Positions 12,676 through 25,755 of a stretch of 64,000 nt of DNA are shown one piece after another. The stretch lies in the NCBI GenBank assembly GCA_010093815.1, contig ML996579.1; one strand, 5' to 3'. This DNA comes from Pseudovirgaria hyperparasitica (taxonomy: Eukaryota). How positions within the stretch are numbered: position 1 is the first letter of the stretch; each line of letters opens with the position of its first letter. Under the pieces are notes generated by a model. The model was not told the DNA's origin. It saw only the letters and a list, made by a program, of their open reading frames with translations, and searched no databases. A program made the position numbers and the translations under genes.

Positions 12676-14223
12676 TCAGTGGGATTGGTCCCTCCGCATA
12701 AGAGAACCACGGAACATGTTGTCGAGCTTATAGCCTTTCTCGAACAGCAACACAAGCAAGCCAAAGTACGCATAATTCTCCGCATTTTTGAGCCCATCCT
12801 CATACGGGTTGTTAAGGACATTCACCCACCCATACGCCGGTTCTATATCTAACATGTCATACGGAATCGTATGCATGAGCTCGTGGAGCAAGAGACGGCT
12901 TGTTATATATTCCATTTCAAAGAGATATAGCTGCTCGTCTTTCACGTTGTTCTTTATCAATGCCGCAACCGATTCCACATCACTAAAGCTGGGCTCACAT
13001 AACGTCATGGATGACCGGTCCGTATGCAGGGATGTGGGGATTCGGCGGTGCAGTACATAGGTGCAGGCCACAATTCTATGGCAGCTCGGCGGTCTTGCTT
13101 CCCACATCTGGCTCTTGAGGTCTTCGTAGATAGGATCCTGGTGCCATTCTGTGTTCTGGTTCAAGGTCCAGCGTCTCTCGTCGTCGCAGTAGATGTGGAC
13201 TGATGCTTCGTTGATGGAAGTCGTGCGTTGCATCGATGCTATGCCGTGCATCACATTTCTCACTGTCTCGATGGCGTTCCTGTGTTCGTCTGGGATTTTG
13301 GGGCTGAAGATGGATTCGAAGACGGTTTGCAGGTCCGGGGGTAGTCCCTTTTCTAGATATGTCGCGCTCAGGCGGGCCATTTCCATCGCCTCTTCCATGC
13401 CTTTTGTCACAAAGTCGCTTTTTGGTTTTTCATGGCATGATTCATCGTCATACCATTTTCTGACCTCGAAAGGTCTGGGTAGCACCGATGCAGGTGCCTC
13501 CGAATTCTGTAGACTAGGTGCCTTTAAATTTTGCAGACTAGGTGCCGTTGAATTTTGCAGACTAGGTGCAGTTGAATTTTGCAGACTTGGTGCCTCTGGA
13601 CTCTGCAGACTTGGCGCCTCTGGATTCTGCAGACTTGGTGCCTCTGGATTATGTGGACTTGGTATCTCTGGACTCTGCAGACTTGGTGCCTCTGGATTCT
13701 GCAAACTTGGTGCCTTCGAACTCTGTAGACTTGGTGCCTCTGGGTTATGTGAGCTTGGTACCTCTGGACTCTGCAGACTTGATGCCTCTGGATTATGTAG
13801 ACTTGGTGCCTTCGAACTCTGTAGACTTGGTGCCTCTGGATTCTGCAGACTTGGTGCCTCTGGATTATGTGGACTTGGTACCTCTGGACTCTGCAGACTT
13901 GGTGCCTCTGGATTCTGCAGACTTGGTGCCTTCGAACTCTGTAGACTTGGTGCTTCTAAACTCTGTAGACTTGGTGCCTCTGGACTCTGCAGATTCGGTG
14001 CCTTCGAGTCCTGCAAAGTTGGTGCCTCTAGATTCTGCAGACTTGGTGTGTTGGGGTTGGCCATATTTGACGCCTCCCCCACACTTTCTTGGATTTGGCC
14101 GTGTGCTGCTGGAAGGTCCAGGCATGTTCCATCGGCTTCACATGTCGAGGCCGCAGAAGCAGTGGACAGCAGCAATGCTCCGAGCAGTAGCGCCGCCGCC
14201 TTAGAGAGGTGGAAACATAACAT
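12676..14223 (-). CDS. Secreted HExxH metalloprotease (M35/aspzincin-like) with N-terminal 8-aa tandem repeat region
   Basis: Signal peptide MLCFHLSKAAALLLGALLL; HELMH...D..AYG...NAENYAYF; intronless 515-aa ORF. Confidence 0.8.
   Translation of the reverse strand: MLCFHLSKAAALLLGALLLSTASAASTCEADGTCLDLPAAHGQIQESVGEASNMANPNTPSLQNLEAPTLQDSKAPNLQSPEAPSLQSLEAPSLQSSKAPSLQNPEAPSLQSPEVPSPHNPEAPSLQNPEAPSLQSSKAPSLHNPEASSLQSPEVPSSHNPEAPSLQSSKAPSLQNPEAPSLQSPEIPSPHNPEAPSLQNPEAPSLQSPEAPSLQNSTAPSLQNSTAPSLQNLKAPSLQNSEAPASVLPRPFEVRKWYDDESCHEKPKSDFVTKGMEEAMEMARLSATYLEKGLPPDLQTVFESIFSPKIPDEHRNAIETVRNVMHGIASMQRTTSINEASVHIYCDDERRWTLNQNTEWHQDPIYEDLKSQMWEARPPSCHRIVACTYVLHRRIPTSLHTDRSSMTLCEPSFSDVESVAALIKNNVKDEQLYLFEMEYITSRLLLHELMHTIPYDMLDIEPAYGWVNVLNNPYEDGLKNAENYAYFGLLVLLFEKGYKLDNMFRGSLMRRDQSH
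13498..14049 (-). repeat. 24-bp coding minisatellite, about 23 units (consensus APSLQ[N/S]PE)
   Basis: On the + strand ctctggactctgcagacttggtgc-like units recur with period 24; I counted 23 octapeptide units in the translation. Confidence 0.95.
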
Positions 14224-15972
14224 GGAGGAAACGAAAAACTATCCGTTGCGTGATGGGCAGCAGTATCGGTCGACAGAGGATCCATCACAACGAAGCAGAC
14301 CTCCTTGTCATGTACTCAACCACAGGGCACAATTTCTCGGATGCTTTTCTCACCACCACGAAGGTCTTTTCTTACTCGAAACGCGCCCGGACCAGAGTGC
14401 ATGACACAGCTTTGGCATCTTGGTGACCCAACCACACATCCACCATAATCCGAACTATTAGAGCTTGTTTCCAAAAACAAATCACTCTCTCCGCACTCAG
14501 AACGCGTTCCGAGCAAGGTGTCTGGTAACAGTTCAAAAACGACTTCGAGGAACTTTTCCAAGTGGCCAATGACGGTTGACCAAAGTAATCTTGGCGTAGA
14601 GCTTACTTTGAGTTGCGGCGCGGGCCCGGTGGAGCGTGGCACGCACGTTTTTAATGTCTCGTAAAACTCCAGACCCTGGTCCAGCCCTATCAATGCGCCC
14701 AGGACTGTCTATCGGATTGTAGAGTCGGTCTACAGACGACATTTCGCAGGGATACCCTGAAAAAGGGTTCATCTATAAGTGAAAGTAGAAAGGAAAAAAT
14801 TAGATCCACATGGGAGAACTGCAGCCCCGACTGTCTATGAGAAGACTCAGAGTCTCCAACACTCATCATATAACAAACACATTTCGGCAGCTAACCTATC
14901 TATCTATTATTTAATTTATTTTACCCGCTGCAAAACAAATATCTACAATCCCCCAGCAACATTGAACAAGTACCGCTTTAGCTATAGATGGTTCACACCG
15001 TACCTATAGACTTCTGTTAGACGAGGATGCCCCCCCCAAAAAAAATACCAAGAACACAGACACACTCGTGTGACACCCACTAAAACAAGCTAGTGTGTTC
15101 CTCCCTCCTGTCCCTTCCTCTCTCTCATTGGCCGACTGACAGCCTCATTCAAGTGATGGTTACAACAAACTTCTCGAAAGGGAAAAGCTAACTTGGAGTA
15201 AGTAGTAATACACCCACCCATCAAGGGGGAAAACCATTTGTTACTCTAGAGCATGACTACAAACTGGACAACAACACTGGATGCCACAAGGTCAGTCCAT
15301 ACAACGTCGACAGTCGCGCGACCAGAAAAAAGGTTTGAAACGAAGGAAGCAACCGTGCACGCATGAAATGGAACCGTGCACACCCAATATTCCTTCTGGA
15401 ATTGTATCATGATGCTGAAACTGAAATCATGCATGGCATTGATACTATATATACCACGACCAGTTATCTAGCGAGGACCTCCATTTTCAAGCTGGAAATA
15501 TAAACTTTTTAGGAAGGGATCTATGTGATAGATAGACGAAGCGGAGTATCGAATAAGCCTCCTAAAGCGTGCATACCAGCCGGCTACTCCAGGGGCAATG
15601 GATGAAAATTTATCTATGTATTTTGGTTGAGTTATTGCCTTCGGTCACATAAGTTTTGCGTGCTTGCTATCCTCCCGTGGCGAGTTGCATCATGGGGACG
15701 AAATACGGTGCGTCGTCTGCAAAAGAAAAAGGAAGGTGCATGCGTAGACAACATGGGTGTTAGGCAATGAGGAGTTACTACATAGTGGTGATGGCTGTAT
15801 GTATTCTGATGTGTTTCTCTAAGATGGACAAGACACGGTCATAGTGCGTCAAGAGACGTAACAACTCACTCAGCACTCATCGGGCTACACACTACACACT
15901 CTACGTCATATACCACAGGGCTTCGTGAAAAACCTTAGCTTCTACAGACTCGTATTATAGTGCTCTCATTCC

Positions 15973-18900
15973 TCAGAGCTTCGACCCAAAATCCTCGAAC
16001 TCGCTTAGATCCTGCACAGGACTCAGGCCACGACTCACGCTCAGCCCAGCCTTCCACGCGTGTACGTCCTCAATGATGATTTTCTGAGTCTTCTTGTCCT
16101 TCTCCAACTCCTTTTCTCCTTCCGTTGAACTAGCTCCGACAACGGCCTTAGCCTTCTCGACGATAGATTCGACTTGAGCTTTGACAGCTGAGACAGCGCC
16201 TGTGGATGACTCGGACAAAGGTTCTGCATCTGCGATCTCTGGTGTTGGAATCGATGCAGTAGCGTCGTCGTCTGAGAGTGGTGATGCCTGGGCGCGAAGG
16301 TTTACGGTGAGTTTAGAGCGTAGGGGAGATGACGGTGAGATGTACGTGTCAAAGAAGGCTTGCATAGCGTCTTTGGTGAGAGCGGCGATATGTTCGACGT
16401 CATGATCGGCTATGCTTATTAGTGCTGTTCCACAAACGTACGAACTTGAGGGCATTGACTGCAGAATATACCTTGTAAAAAGTCATATCGCTCATTACAT
16501 ATATGTCCCCAAAACCTCGAACTCTCTTGGGTCAAGTTCTTCAATTTCTCCTTACGCTTATTGATCAGACTACGCTTATGTTTTTCGAACGCCGGCTCAT
16601 CCATTTGATTCAGTGTTTTCGAGAACCCCTTCAGAAACTCCTCGACTCGACCTTCAAGGTACTCTGGCGTCTTCTCAGACTGGATCAAGACACGGTACCC
16701 AGCCCACATATTTTGGATACGAGCACCACTGAATACAACATAGCCGAGCTGTTCCTTGGTGCGAAGTGTATCAAAAACAGGCTCCTCGGTCATCTGCGCA
16801 AAAAGTAACAGTTTGGCACGCTGCGAACGTTCGGATGGCGAGCCGACGTAGAGTAGATATTCGATGCAATGGTTGACATTGGCAGGATCTTTGAGTGGAC
16901 GCGTATAGGAGAAATCGGCGCCTGATGGGTAGACCATTGAGCGTCTGATGGGCCACTGCGCAGGCGGGAGCGATCGGGTTCGAAGTATCTTCTCGGCGAG
17001 ATCAGTCATTTTGAGAACTTCTTCTTTATATAGATTACCATGGGCGAGGACTTCGACATGGACTTGACTAAGAAGCTGCGGATGGAAGGCGCGGACGTCG
17101 TCGGGGGTGAGGTGAGGCAGTTCTACGAGATATTGCTCATTGATCCAACTACGCTCGGTGTTGAGCCAGCCGGTGTACGTGCCAACTTGGAAATATGGCT
17201 GCTGATAGTCCCAATTGCGGAAGCCGCGTACAACGCGCTCTTGTACGATGTTGAACCTCTCGTCTTTGATCTCGAAGTCGCGGACGGATGTCAATACTTT
17301 CTCCAGGAGAACAGGCATCTTGTCGTTGTAGCCAGAGAGGGTGATGTCAATACCGACCGCATGCGTACTGATTGAGTAGTCGACACCAGCGATCTCAGCA
17401 TCGTATGAATACTCCACCAATGCGTCACTGACCAGTTCTTTCAGCATATGAGCCAAAGCACTATTTCGTGGCGTCATGCTGATAAGTGGTGTCCGTAGGG
17501 TTATCATAACATTGGCCTTGGGTACCCAGAACCTATCGTCTTTTTTGTACCAGATGCGTATCTTTTCATCATTGCGAATGAGTTTAGGAACCTTAGTAGG
17601 CTCCATGATCTCCTTCTTTTCCACGTCCAGCCTTGTCGGAATAAACTCGTTCTTATGCGGGAGATGCAACTCAGCGGGGCGCTCTTCTGACTTGCTATTG
17701 GTTGCCGTTCTCAAATCCTTGAGAAAATTGCTCTCCATTGGCTCATATTTGTATTCGGTGCCGTACCATTTCTCCTTTTGGTTCCACCCCCCTGGGAAGT
17801 CTTGGCTGACCACGGTAAGGCGAAAGTTGTCTGGATTGAGGAGTCCTAGACCACTGGAAATGGCTTCTGGGTTAAACTTCCTGATCAGAGCAGGACCACT
17901 CAGGAGCCACTCACGTGGATAGGGCTTCTGCATGATACCACTGAGGGAGCTGGTAGTCCGACTGGCTGGTGACTTTTGCTTGAAACGGAAATCGACTTCA
18001 CTCATACGCTTCAATTCATCGTATATCCATTCTTGCGGGGGGGTCTCACGCATCATTGCAATGTATTGAAATACAACCTTCGTCACTTCCTTGTATTGCT
18101 TGAGACCCTCCTGTGTCAGTTTGATTGAAATACTGAAGAAGGATGATCCTGGACAAACAGGAACGGACCCTGCTCCAAGTCCATTAGCCCAGCCTTTGGC
18201 TTTGAGATAAGCCAAAATACTGCCAGGACCTTCGTGACCTATGAGATGACTGAGGTATCTGTTTGGTTGAGACTCGAAAAGATGTTCCTCGTCTTGGTAA
18301 GGAAAATAGAGATCCATAGACCGCATCTCAGTTACAGGCTTTGTAAATATCTGCATCCCCAATTCGTTCTTCGTGTAAGGTGAAACATGATCCCACCGAT
18401 TTCTCGGCAGATTCTTGTTTGGGACAGTTGAGAAAAGTTCCTCCACCCACTGCTCAAGGGTGTCTAACGATTCACGGCCCAGTACAACGAGTTTCATCCG
18501 GTTGGCGGAATAGTGCTTCTCATAGAACTTGATGAATTCATCGCGAATCTGAACGCCACGTGCCAATGGCTCATCGTGGAGTGTCTTGAAATTACCAGTG
18601 GAGAAATGGCAATATGGATGCTCGGGGTTGGAAAGAGTTTTATTGAGCTGGTTTAGTCTCCAGTTATCGCTCTGGAGATTCTTCTTATTCTCTGAGTCGA
18701 CAGCTCTCAATTCTCGGCCTACCGTATCAGCAAGAAAAAGAGGCTCAACGAAGAACTGAGAGAATCTATCCAATGCTCCATATAGAGGAGACTCCTCTTG
18801 CGCTGCGACAGGTATGTCCGTCTCTGTAGTCGATTTACTGGTTGTAGGCTCTGACTCGGCAGCGACCTCGAAGAAGTAGTTTGTTGATGTCGAAGCTGTA

Positions 18901-19552
18901 AAGGCATTTGAATAACCAGAGTGGGCCGAGAGATATTGGTTGTACGCATTCTCTACTGGAAACTACGCAGATCATAGTTAGCTCGTTCATTCTCTGCGTT
19001 CCTGTGCCAAGTGCTAACCTTCTTTGTGCCCATGAAAAGTAAATGTTCCACGGCATGCGCCATACCGGGCATGTCATCTGCATCGCTGAAGCTGCCCACA
19101 TTCACATCTAGTGCTGCACTAACTTTATCTGTGTCCGGATCGTGTACCAGTAACGCTTCTAGCTCGTTTTTGAGCTTAATAACTCTATACGTCCTGGTAT
19201 CCAGTATCGGTCTCTCCAAATCTTCTGCAACTCTTTCAGGTGGCGGTGCGACATGACTGTTCAATGGCTCCATTTCTGAGACGGATGAAAGCCCTCGACG
19301 AGAGGTGACGATGACTGAGGCGCAAGTGAGTGAGGCGACAGTAGAGCTAGCGGGACAGCCGGAAGGAAGACAGGAGCGAAGTCGATTGTAAGACGAAGAT
19401 GTGGTGAAAGGGCGGTGGGAGAGAGGGACGGCAAAAGATGTAGAGATATGGAAGCGGCGAAGCAGTGGTGGTCTAGAATTGATATTAATTGGGGTTTGTA
19501 AGATGAACCGGGCCTGCTCCAAGCTCCCTGCTGGCAACGTGAACCTGCGCAT
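15973..19552 (-). CDS. STE23: Insulysin / a-factor processing metalloprotease (M16A); exons 19552(or 19273)-19019, 18962-16472, 16409-15973; C-terminal SKL
   Basis: Inverted zinc motif HAVEHLLFMGT; NAFT; ELRAVDSE; HLIGHEGPGS; LRTKEQLGYVVFS; canonical introns. Confidence 0.93.
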
Positions 19553-20332
19553 TCACACACCACAGTGAATGTAGGGATCCAGGAATCTAGGCACGTGTAA
19601 TGTTTGCCGAAGATCGGACAGTGCCTTGTCACAAATGCAGCCAAGAATGCCGCGCTGTCGTGGAAGAATGCAGGGACAAAGGTAGACGCCTGGCCAATCC
19701 ACCGAGGAATTGGAAATACGATAGCGCAAGGAGCCGTGCCAGAGGAGAGAGATTTTCCAGTAGGCGCAACGTATGAGACGCGCTACTTCGTTTTCGTTGT
19801 CGTTGTAAAGCGAGGCTTCCCAATGGACGAAGGTTGTCGGATGTGATGTGCATGTCCGGCCGGCCATCACGGTATCTTTGATCGTGAGCTCATCCGCATC
19901 ATCCATGGATTGAGTCAATATTTTAACTAGGCTATGTTGAGACTAGCGTGGGTAGAGGTCCGACCTTAAATCAATCTCGGCCGCCGAACTTCCTCTATTG
20001 TTATGGCAGAGGTATCATCTAATCGTAGGCATCATCCTTTTCATAATTCTTGGCCTCTCAGAGGCATATTATAGTCGCTACGCTTTCAACAGATCGCCTA
20101 CCAGTAAGTCTCATATCACTTGTTCTACAGAAGATTGTATCCTGTACAACAGAGCACACTGCACGATAACTACTAGTGATGCCGCGTCATTGTCGTGCAT
20201 ATTGGTGACTTTGTCATCTGTGTCATATTTGGCGTGTTGGGCAACCTTCCTTATTCTTTAACATCCAACTAACGTGTCGTTCGAGAAGGCTACTGACTGT
20301 TGGCTTAAGAATCCCCTGTACAGAAGCGCCTA

Positions 20333-22909
20333 TCACATATCTCTCAATCCTTTCGGTGGCCCTCCTGTACTCAAACTTGGTGGGAGGTCATCGTAGCGGG
20401 TGCCCCAGTCACTCTCCGTTGCTCCCAGGGTAAGCTCTAGCGTCTTTCCTTCCGTGAAAAAACCATGGTCCATCCAGTTCTTCGTGTACGGCTCTCCATC
20501 CATGGTCGCACTCTGGATATAAATGGCATTGTATGTTGGGTCGAAGTTGATGTTACGGATTGTCGCAGTCTTTCCGGTGACACCGTTCTTAAGCTTCACT
20601 TCCGCAAAGAATGGCGGCGTGATAAAGTAAACGTTCTGTCCAGGATTCGGGAACGTGCCCATCATGGCCAAAGTTGAGAACGAGCCCATGGCACCAGAAT
20701 CGTCGTTTCCTGGGATGCCGTTGAGAGAAGTATTGAATTGCGACGGTATATATGAATGAGCACGTTTTGCTGAGAGCGCTGGTCGACCTGCAAAGTGATA
20801 CAAGAAAACAGTAAGAAAAGAAGGCTCATTCCCCATATATATGATGGGGTATTCGTGGAAGTAGTCCAGTCGGTTCACAAACACATCAGGTCCGCCAAGA
20901 GTGTCTATGAGTGTCGCCATATCTCCAGGAACGAACCACGTGTAAAGCCATGACGGAGATTCGTACGTCTCGCCTCCGTTAGGATTGAGGTAACAGCTGG
21001 TGAAGTTCAGGAGCTCGGAACAGAAGATTGGATCTTCAAAACCCCAGGTCATGTTCATGAACCGAGGCTGGAGAAAGCCAACGAAGCCCGTGTCGGTACC
21101 ATTAATTGCAGAAGTCTGATCCGCCTTGAACATATTCTTCCACCCATGAGAACGTGCGAAGTACTTGCCGATATCGTCTGACTTGCCCATACCCCGCGCC
21201 ATCTCGGCGATACAGAAGTCGTCATACGCATACTCTACTGTTCTTGAAATACTCCTAGTGTGAGCTCCAACACCCACGTAGTCGAAATCGTCTGTTGGAA
21301 TAAATCCATATTCGTGCCAACTGTGCAGACTGCCCCGGCCTTCGACACTCCATATTGGAGGCTCCTCTTCAGCATCGGAGATAACAGCCTCATATGCCTT
21401 CTCCCAGTCGATATCGCCGGTAAGATTCTTGAGCCAGGCATCAGCAAGAACGATATCAGCATTGGAACCACCCTGTGTGAAACCTTTGTCGAACGTCATG
21501 CGACAATCTGGCAGCTTCCCAACATGATTATAGATGTCAATCAAGCTTGCAACCATCTCAGTCTGCGCCACTGGATCGACTAGCGTTATCAGTGGATGAA
21601 TGCTCCGGAAGCTAACATCGCATCAGATATCATACAAAGACAGATGTTTGAGACCCTTACCTATCCCATATACAGTAAAATGAGTCGTAGTACTTGAGAC
21701 CACTGTCCCAATATGGATTTTCTCCAGTATAGTCTTGAGGGCTGATCAGAGTCCTGTAGAGTCCAGACCAGAAGACAGTTTGTAGCTCTTCATCTACAGC
21801 ACTGGCATCCACCTCCACAGAAGAGAGCTTCAGGTCCCACGACTTCTCGACTGACTCCACAGTCCCATCGAAATCAAAGTCTGGTAACTCCTTCTCCGCA
21901 TTACTGCATGCTTGCTCTACACTAATGAAGCTAACTCCAACACGAGCAAGGATCTGTCCGTTAGCTGGCGCTTCGAAACGAGACCAGGCACCTGCTGGTA
22001 TCCCACTAGGATTGACACCATCTGGAAAGACGTCGACGTGATCGATTCCTGGACCAGGCCGTATATTTACAAAAATTCCCGTGTCACGGATGCTAGCTCC
22101 TGAGAAGTCTGTGCAAAAGAAAGCGTTGTACGTGCCTATACCGAAAGAAGGACCAAAGTTGCCACTTCCAATGATCCTCCCGGTAACATTATCGACATGG
22201 ATAGATGCATTACTCCTGGACTCCGATAGATCTGTAAGGTCGGCGAGGATAAGAGGACTTGATTTCACATTGGTCAACGCCTGAGGAAAGTTGAATCGAT
22301 ACAAAGCGGCATGCTCCGCAACAGTCATCTCCGCACGAACGCTGTTATTGAGCGTGATGGCGAAATAGCCGACACGGGCTTCTATGGTCTCATTGAGTGG
22401 TGCTGCAGCTCTACCAGACTTTGTGAATTTGCATTGCTCAATGTCATCAGAAGGGCACCCAGCATGAGCGAACAGCGGGAAAAATCCCATGGATGCACCC
22501 TATGTGTCTATCAGTCGTATCTCGATTCAGAGCCTGAGCTACTCACACCGCCAGTGCCATCATCGTGCATATGTGAGAACCCAGTCACGTCACTGCCTTC
22601 GGACGACCAGCCAGCTTGATTCTCTTTAGTCACATCAGCAACGGCCTTGGCCATGCCTACGTGTTGACCGTTAGATCCTGATCTCGTATTCTAGAGCATT
22701 GTACTGACTGAAAGGGCGCGTAGCCCCCGCAAACACATGTCCTACCGCTAAGTGTTAGCTCTGTGAAATTAATTCGTTCAGTGCCCAGTGCTACCTCCAT
22801 TGGTGGTACCGATGAGTGGATCGATGAAGCGAAGAATATTTTGCGTAGCGATAGCATGGCCCAGTAGGCACATGTATAGCCAGACTAGATACCTCGGCGA
22901 GGTAGACAT
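20333..22909 (-). CDS. Secreted GH92 alpha-1,2-mannosidase (multi-exon)
   Basis: Signal peptide then FIDPLIGTTNGG|HVFAGATRPF; GFSHMHDDGTGG; YYDSFYCIWD; TQGGSNAD; SRTVEYAYDD; GNEPSF; PGNDDSGAMGS. Confidence 0.93.
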
Positions 22910-23724
22910 AACGATTGTTTTGCTGGAATACGATCATGTCAGGTCGAGATACCTCACCTAGCTACCCAGGGCATGGAGAAGTACTTGAGGAAGCATTCTC
23001 ACGTAACATTACGCCCAGGAGCACCCCGCTCAAGTGATGTCAGTGGGTAGCATAGTGCCGCGATCAGGCCGGGTAGGAGCACTGTTCCCTTTCCCATTCC
23101 AGCTGCCGGACAGAGAGATGAAGCTAGCAAATGCAACTTAAACTCACACCGGTGTGTGCATAAATTGATTAGGTGATTATGTTTGCATAGACGTCTTTGT
23201 TACTTGTAGCCCCATGGCTACATATATCTTCCGATTCCGTGTGCAAAAGAAGTGACCGAAGGCTATCTCTACGTCAAGTCTAACACATATGCACGAAGGT
23301 GCTCGCAAAAGGACTTGCTGACGACGTTCTAGGTTGTTGACTCCGAGTTGTTGTTGTGTTTGCCGAGAGGCTCAAAGTGCCGCTTTCCCTTCTTGTATTA
23401 GCGTGGATTTCCTGGGATGCGGGGAGCTTGGCGCGGCAGTAATATGAGGCCTCAGGCATCAAAACATCAAACTATGTTTGCAACATTCAAGTCACATTCT
23501 CATGCCCCTGTGAGACTTCTCAATGTTGAAACATACCGGCATTAAAACAGTACAGCGATGTCTGTGTCGTCTTACTGGAGGCACCGAAGAGTTTCATGGT
23601 CGCTTGGGTGTAGTAGCATCATGCTGTTAGAGTCTTTCCAATTACTGGACTGTTGCTGGCACTGGAAACGAACACCAGGACATCAGCAAAAGCGTAGTCC
23701 CTAACTACTGGCTACGTTTATGAT

Positions 23725-24812
23725 CTATTTAAGCTCTCTCGCAGCTACATGCTCCTCTTCTCCCCGCGTGGCGGACTTCGCACCCCATTCAGCCCACGCT
23801 GATGCTCGAGAGCCAGCATATGCTGCCTCGGTGGCAAGTTCACGTATGAGCGCCAAGTCAATAGATCCGCCGTTGGAAAATCGCTCCTTCAGAGTGCTGC
23901 GCAGAAGTGCTAACATACCATCATCATTTGCATATTCTCCTATCACCAAGACGGCTCCGATAGTATCATTTGAGTCCGGCTTGCCAAGCATCTGGAGCAG
24001 CGCCGTCTTGAAACCCTCGTTGCAGACTTTGACGTCCTTTTCATTTCTCCTGCACGACTCTAGTCCATCGTGGCCGAGTTCGGGTGTATGAAGCGCGCTG
24101 CGTTGCGATAAGACGCCGCATTCCTCATCCCAGAATGCGGCCGCCAACGACTGACGGGTGTAGTCAAGTGTCAGTATTACTTGCGCTGGATCTGCGTGGT
24201 ATCTGGGATCCTCTGGTAGGATGTAGGGATCAGAACATCGGCCTTGGAGATCGAGTGCTGGGACGAGCTGATGCGCGACGTGGTCAAGGCGCTTCCAGTT
24301 GAAGACACGGACTTTGCTGAGCGCCGCTTGAACGTCGCGAAGTGCCACTTCGTGGTTGATAGTTTTCAGATCGGATGCAGATACGGCTATGGAGTTTATG
24401 CTGCTGTCGAGTGTGGACCCAGCTGCAGCTACGAGCGCTTGAATTATGGGTGCCAGAGCGCTTTGTGGCTTGGTAACACGCTTCAAGGGCCAGTACTTCT
24501 GGCAAATTTGTTGTGAAAATAGACAGTACTTTGATGAAATGATGTCGCCGGTTGGCTCTTCATTTTGACCAAGCATGTATGTTTTGTATCTCTCACTACC
24601 TTCAATCTTGGCAATGTCAAGATACGCTCCATCTCTGAGACGTGCGCTGATAGTCCTGATATTGCAGTCAGTTCACATGAATGGTGCGACTAAGGAATGT
24701 CTTACGCATAGCCGCTCGACAGAGAGATGCCAAGACCCGTATCAAAATCCATTGCAGCAAGGCCACCGCCTAACACACTTGAAAGCAAAAGCGAGTGATA
24801 GCAGATCCTCAT
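23725..24812 (-). CDS. Secreted fungal hypothetical protein; exons 24812-24706, 24655-23725
   Basis: Exon 1 MRICYHSLLLSSVLGGGLAAMDFDTGLGISLSSGYA (signal peptide) splices in frame through GTAAG...CAG to TISARLRDGAYLDIAKIEGS and into the 283-aa ORF. Confidence 0.7.
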
Positions 24813-25755
24813 CTTCAGAGAGTTTCAGTGAAAACTGTGCTGAACGAAGTAAAGCCAAGACTAGGACTTCGAGCGGGAAAATGTATTTCAATACTTTGTT
24901 TGCTGTCTAGGCGCCAGGGCTGGAGGAACATATGTGTTGGGATCCACGCCCTGAATGGTCTGCGCCTTTCGGCCTCATCACGCTAACCACACTAAGACTA
25001 GAGCATGTCCACAACAATTCGCTTCGAAATCCGAAACCTCCAGGAACCCGCCCGACTCTTAACCATCATTACTCCATCGTTATGTCAATTAGCATCGAAT
25101 CGGATTAAAATAGACCATTGCCGCCGCTTCTCCGAAGCCATTGGTGCAGCCAACATGTTTCGGGCCCAGTCACGCACGCGATTGGCGGATACAATGGAGC
25201 TGCTGACGCCGTCCTGTTATTACTTATGCCTTTCTAATTGTACGAATCATGCAGAGCAGGCAGTCGTTTCACAATATGAGCTTGACAAAGATCGGCTAGA
25301 ACTTAGCGTCTCTGCGCAGCCACAAAATCTCAGATTTAGTTCTTACAAGACGCACTATATCGGCCCCATCCTTTAGCGAAGATCTCCACTACCGATCAGT
25401 AGTGGAGCCATCTAGAAATAGTTTCATAGGAACTTGCCGGTCGTTACATAAATCGTAGTAGCAAAGTTGTACTACGCCCTCTTTTGGATGAGCGAGCCTA
25501 TCCCCAACATGTTACTTGCAAACAATGCTTCGATGTGGCTGAAACTTGATCTGGATATAGAAGTTGTCGAAGTTGGGTGGGTCCTTATGCATCCTCATGC
25601 AAACAATTTTGGAGGCTTTGGAGAGTTGGAATCCTGCATTCGAACGAGATGACTGGCGCATGGACACTTCGACGAATAACATAAAGGCTCTGCTGTAGCT
25701 GATATTTCTTTCTGCTCAACATCATCATCAATCATCTCTGTCATTCATTCTTTCA

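Noticed and set aside
13498..14049. Regular repeat array resembling CRISPR
   Set aside because: The units are contiguous with no unique spacers, lie in frame within a eukaryotic gene, and have no cas genes nearby.
13193..14404. 403-aa Cys-repeat ORF (CRLGASGL)n and 212-aa (ADLVPLDS)n ORF on the + strand
   Set aside because: These are antisense shadows of the 24-bp repeat. The minus-strand ORF has the signal peptide and catalytic motifs.
14300..14780. Short ORFs upstream of the repeat protease
   Set aside because: No recognisable homology; a relic cannot be supported.
25384..25407. Perfect 9-bp hairpin CTCCACTAC-cgatca-GTAGTGGAG
   Set aside because: A single short stem can arise by chance in 64 kb, and it has no associated feature.
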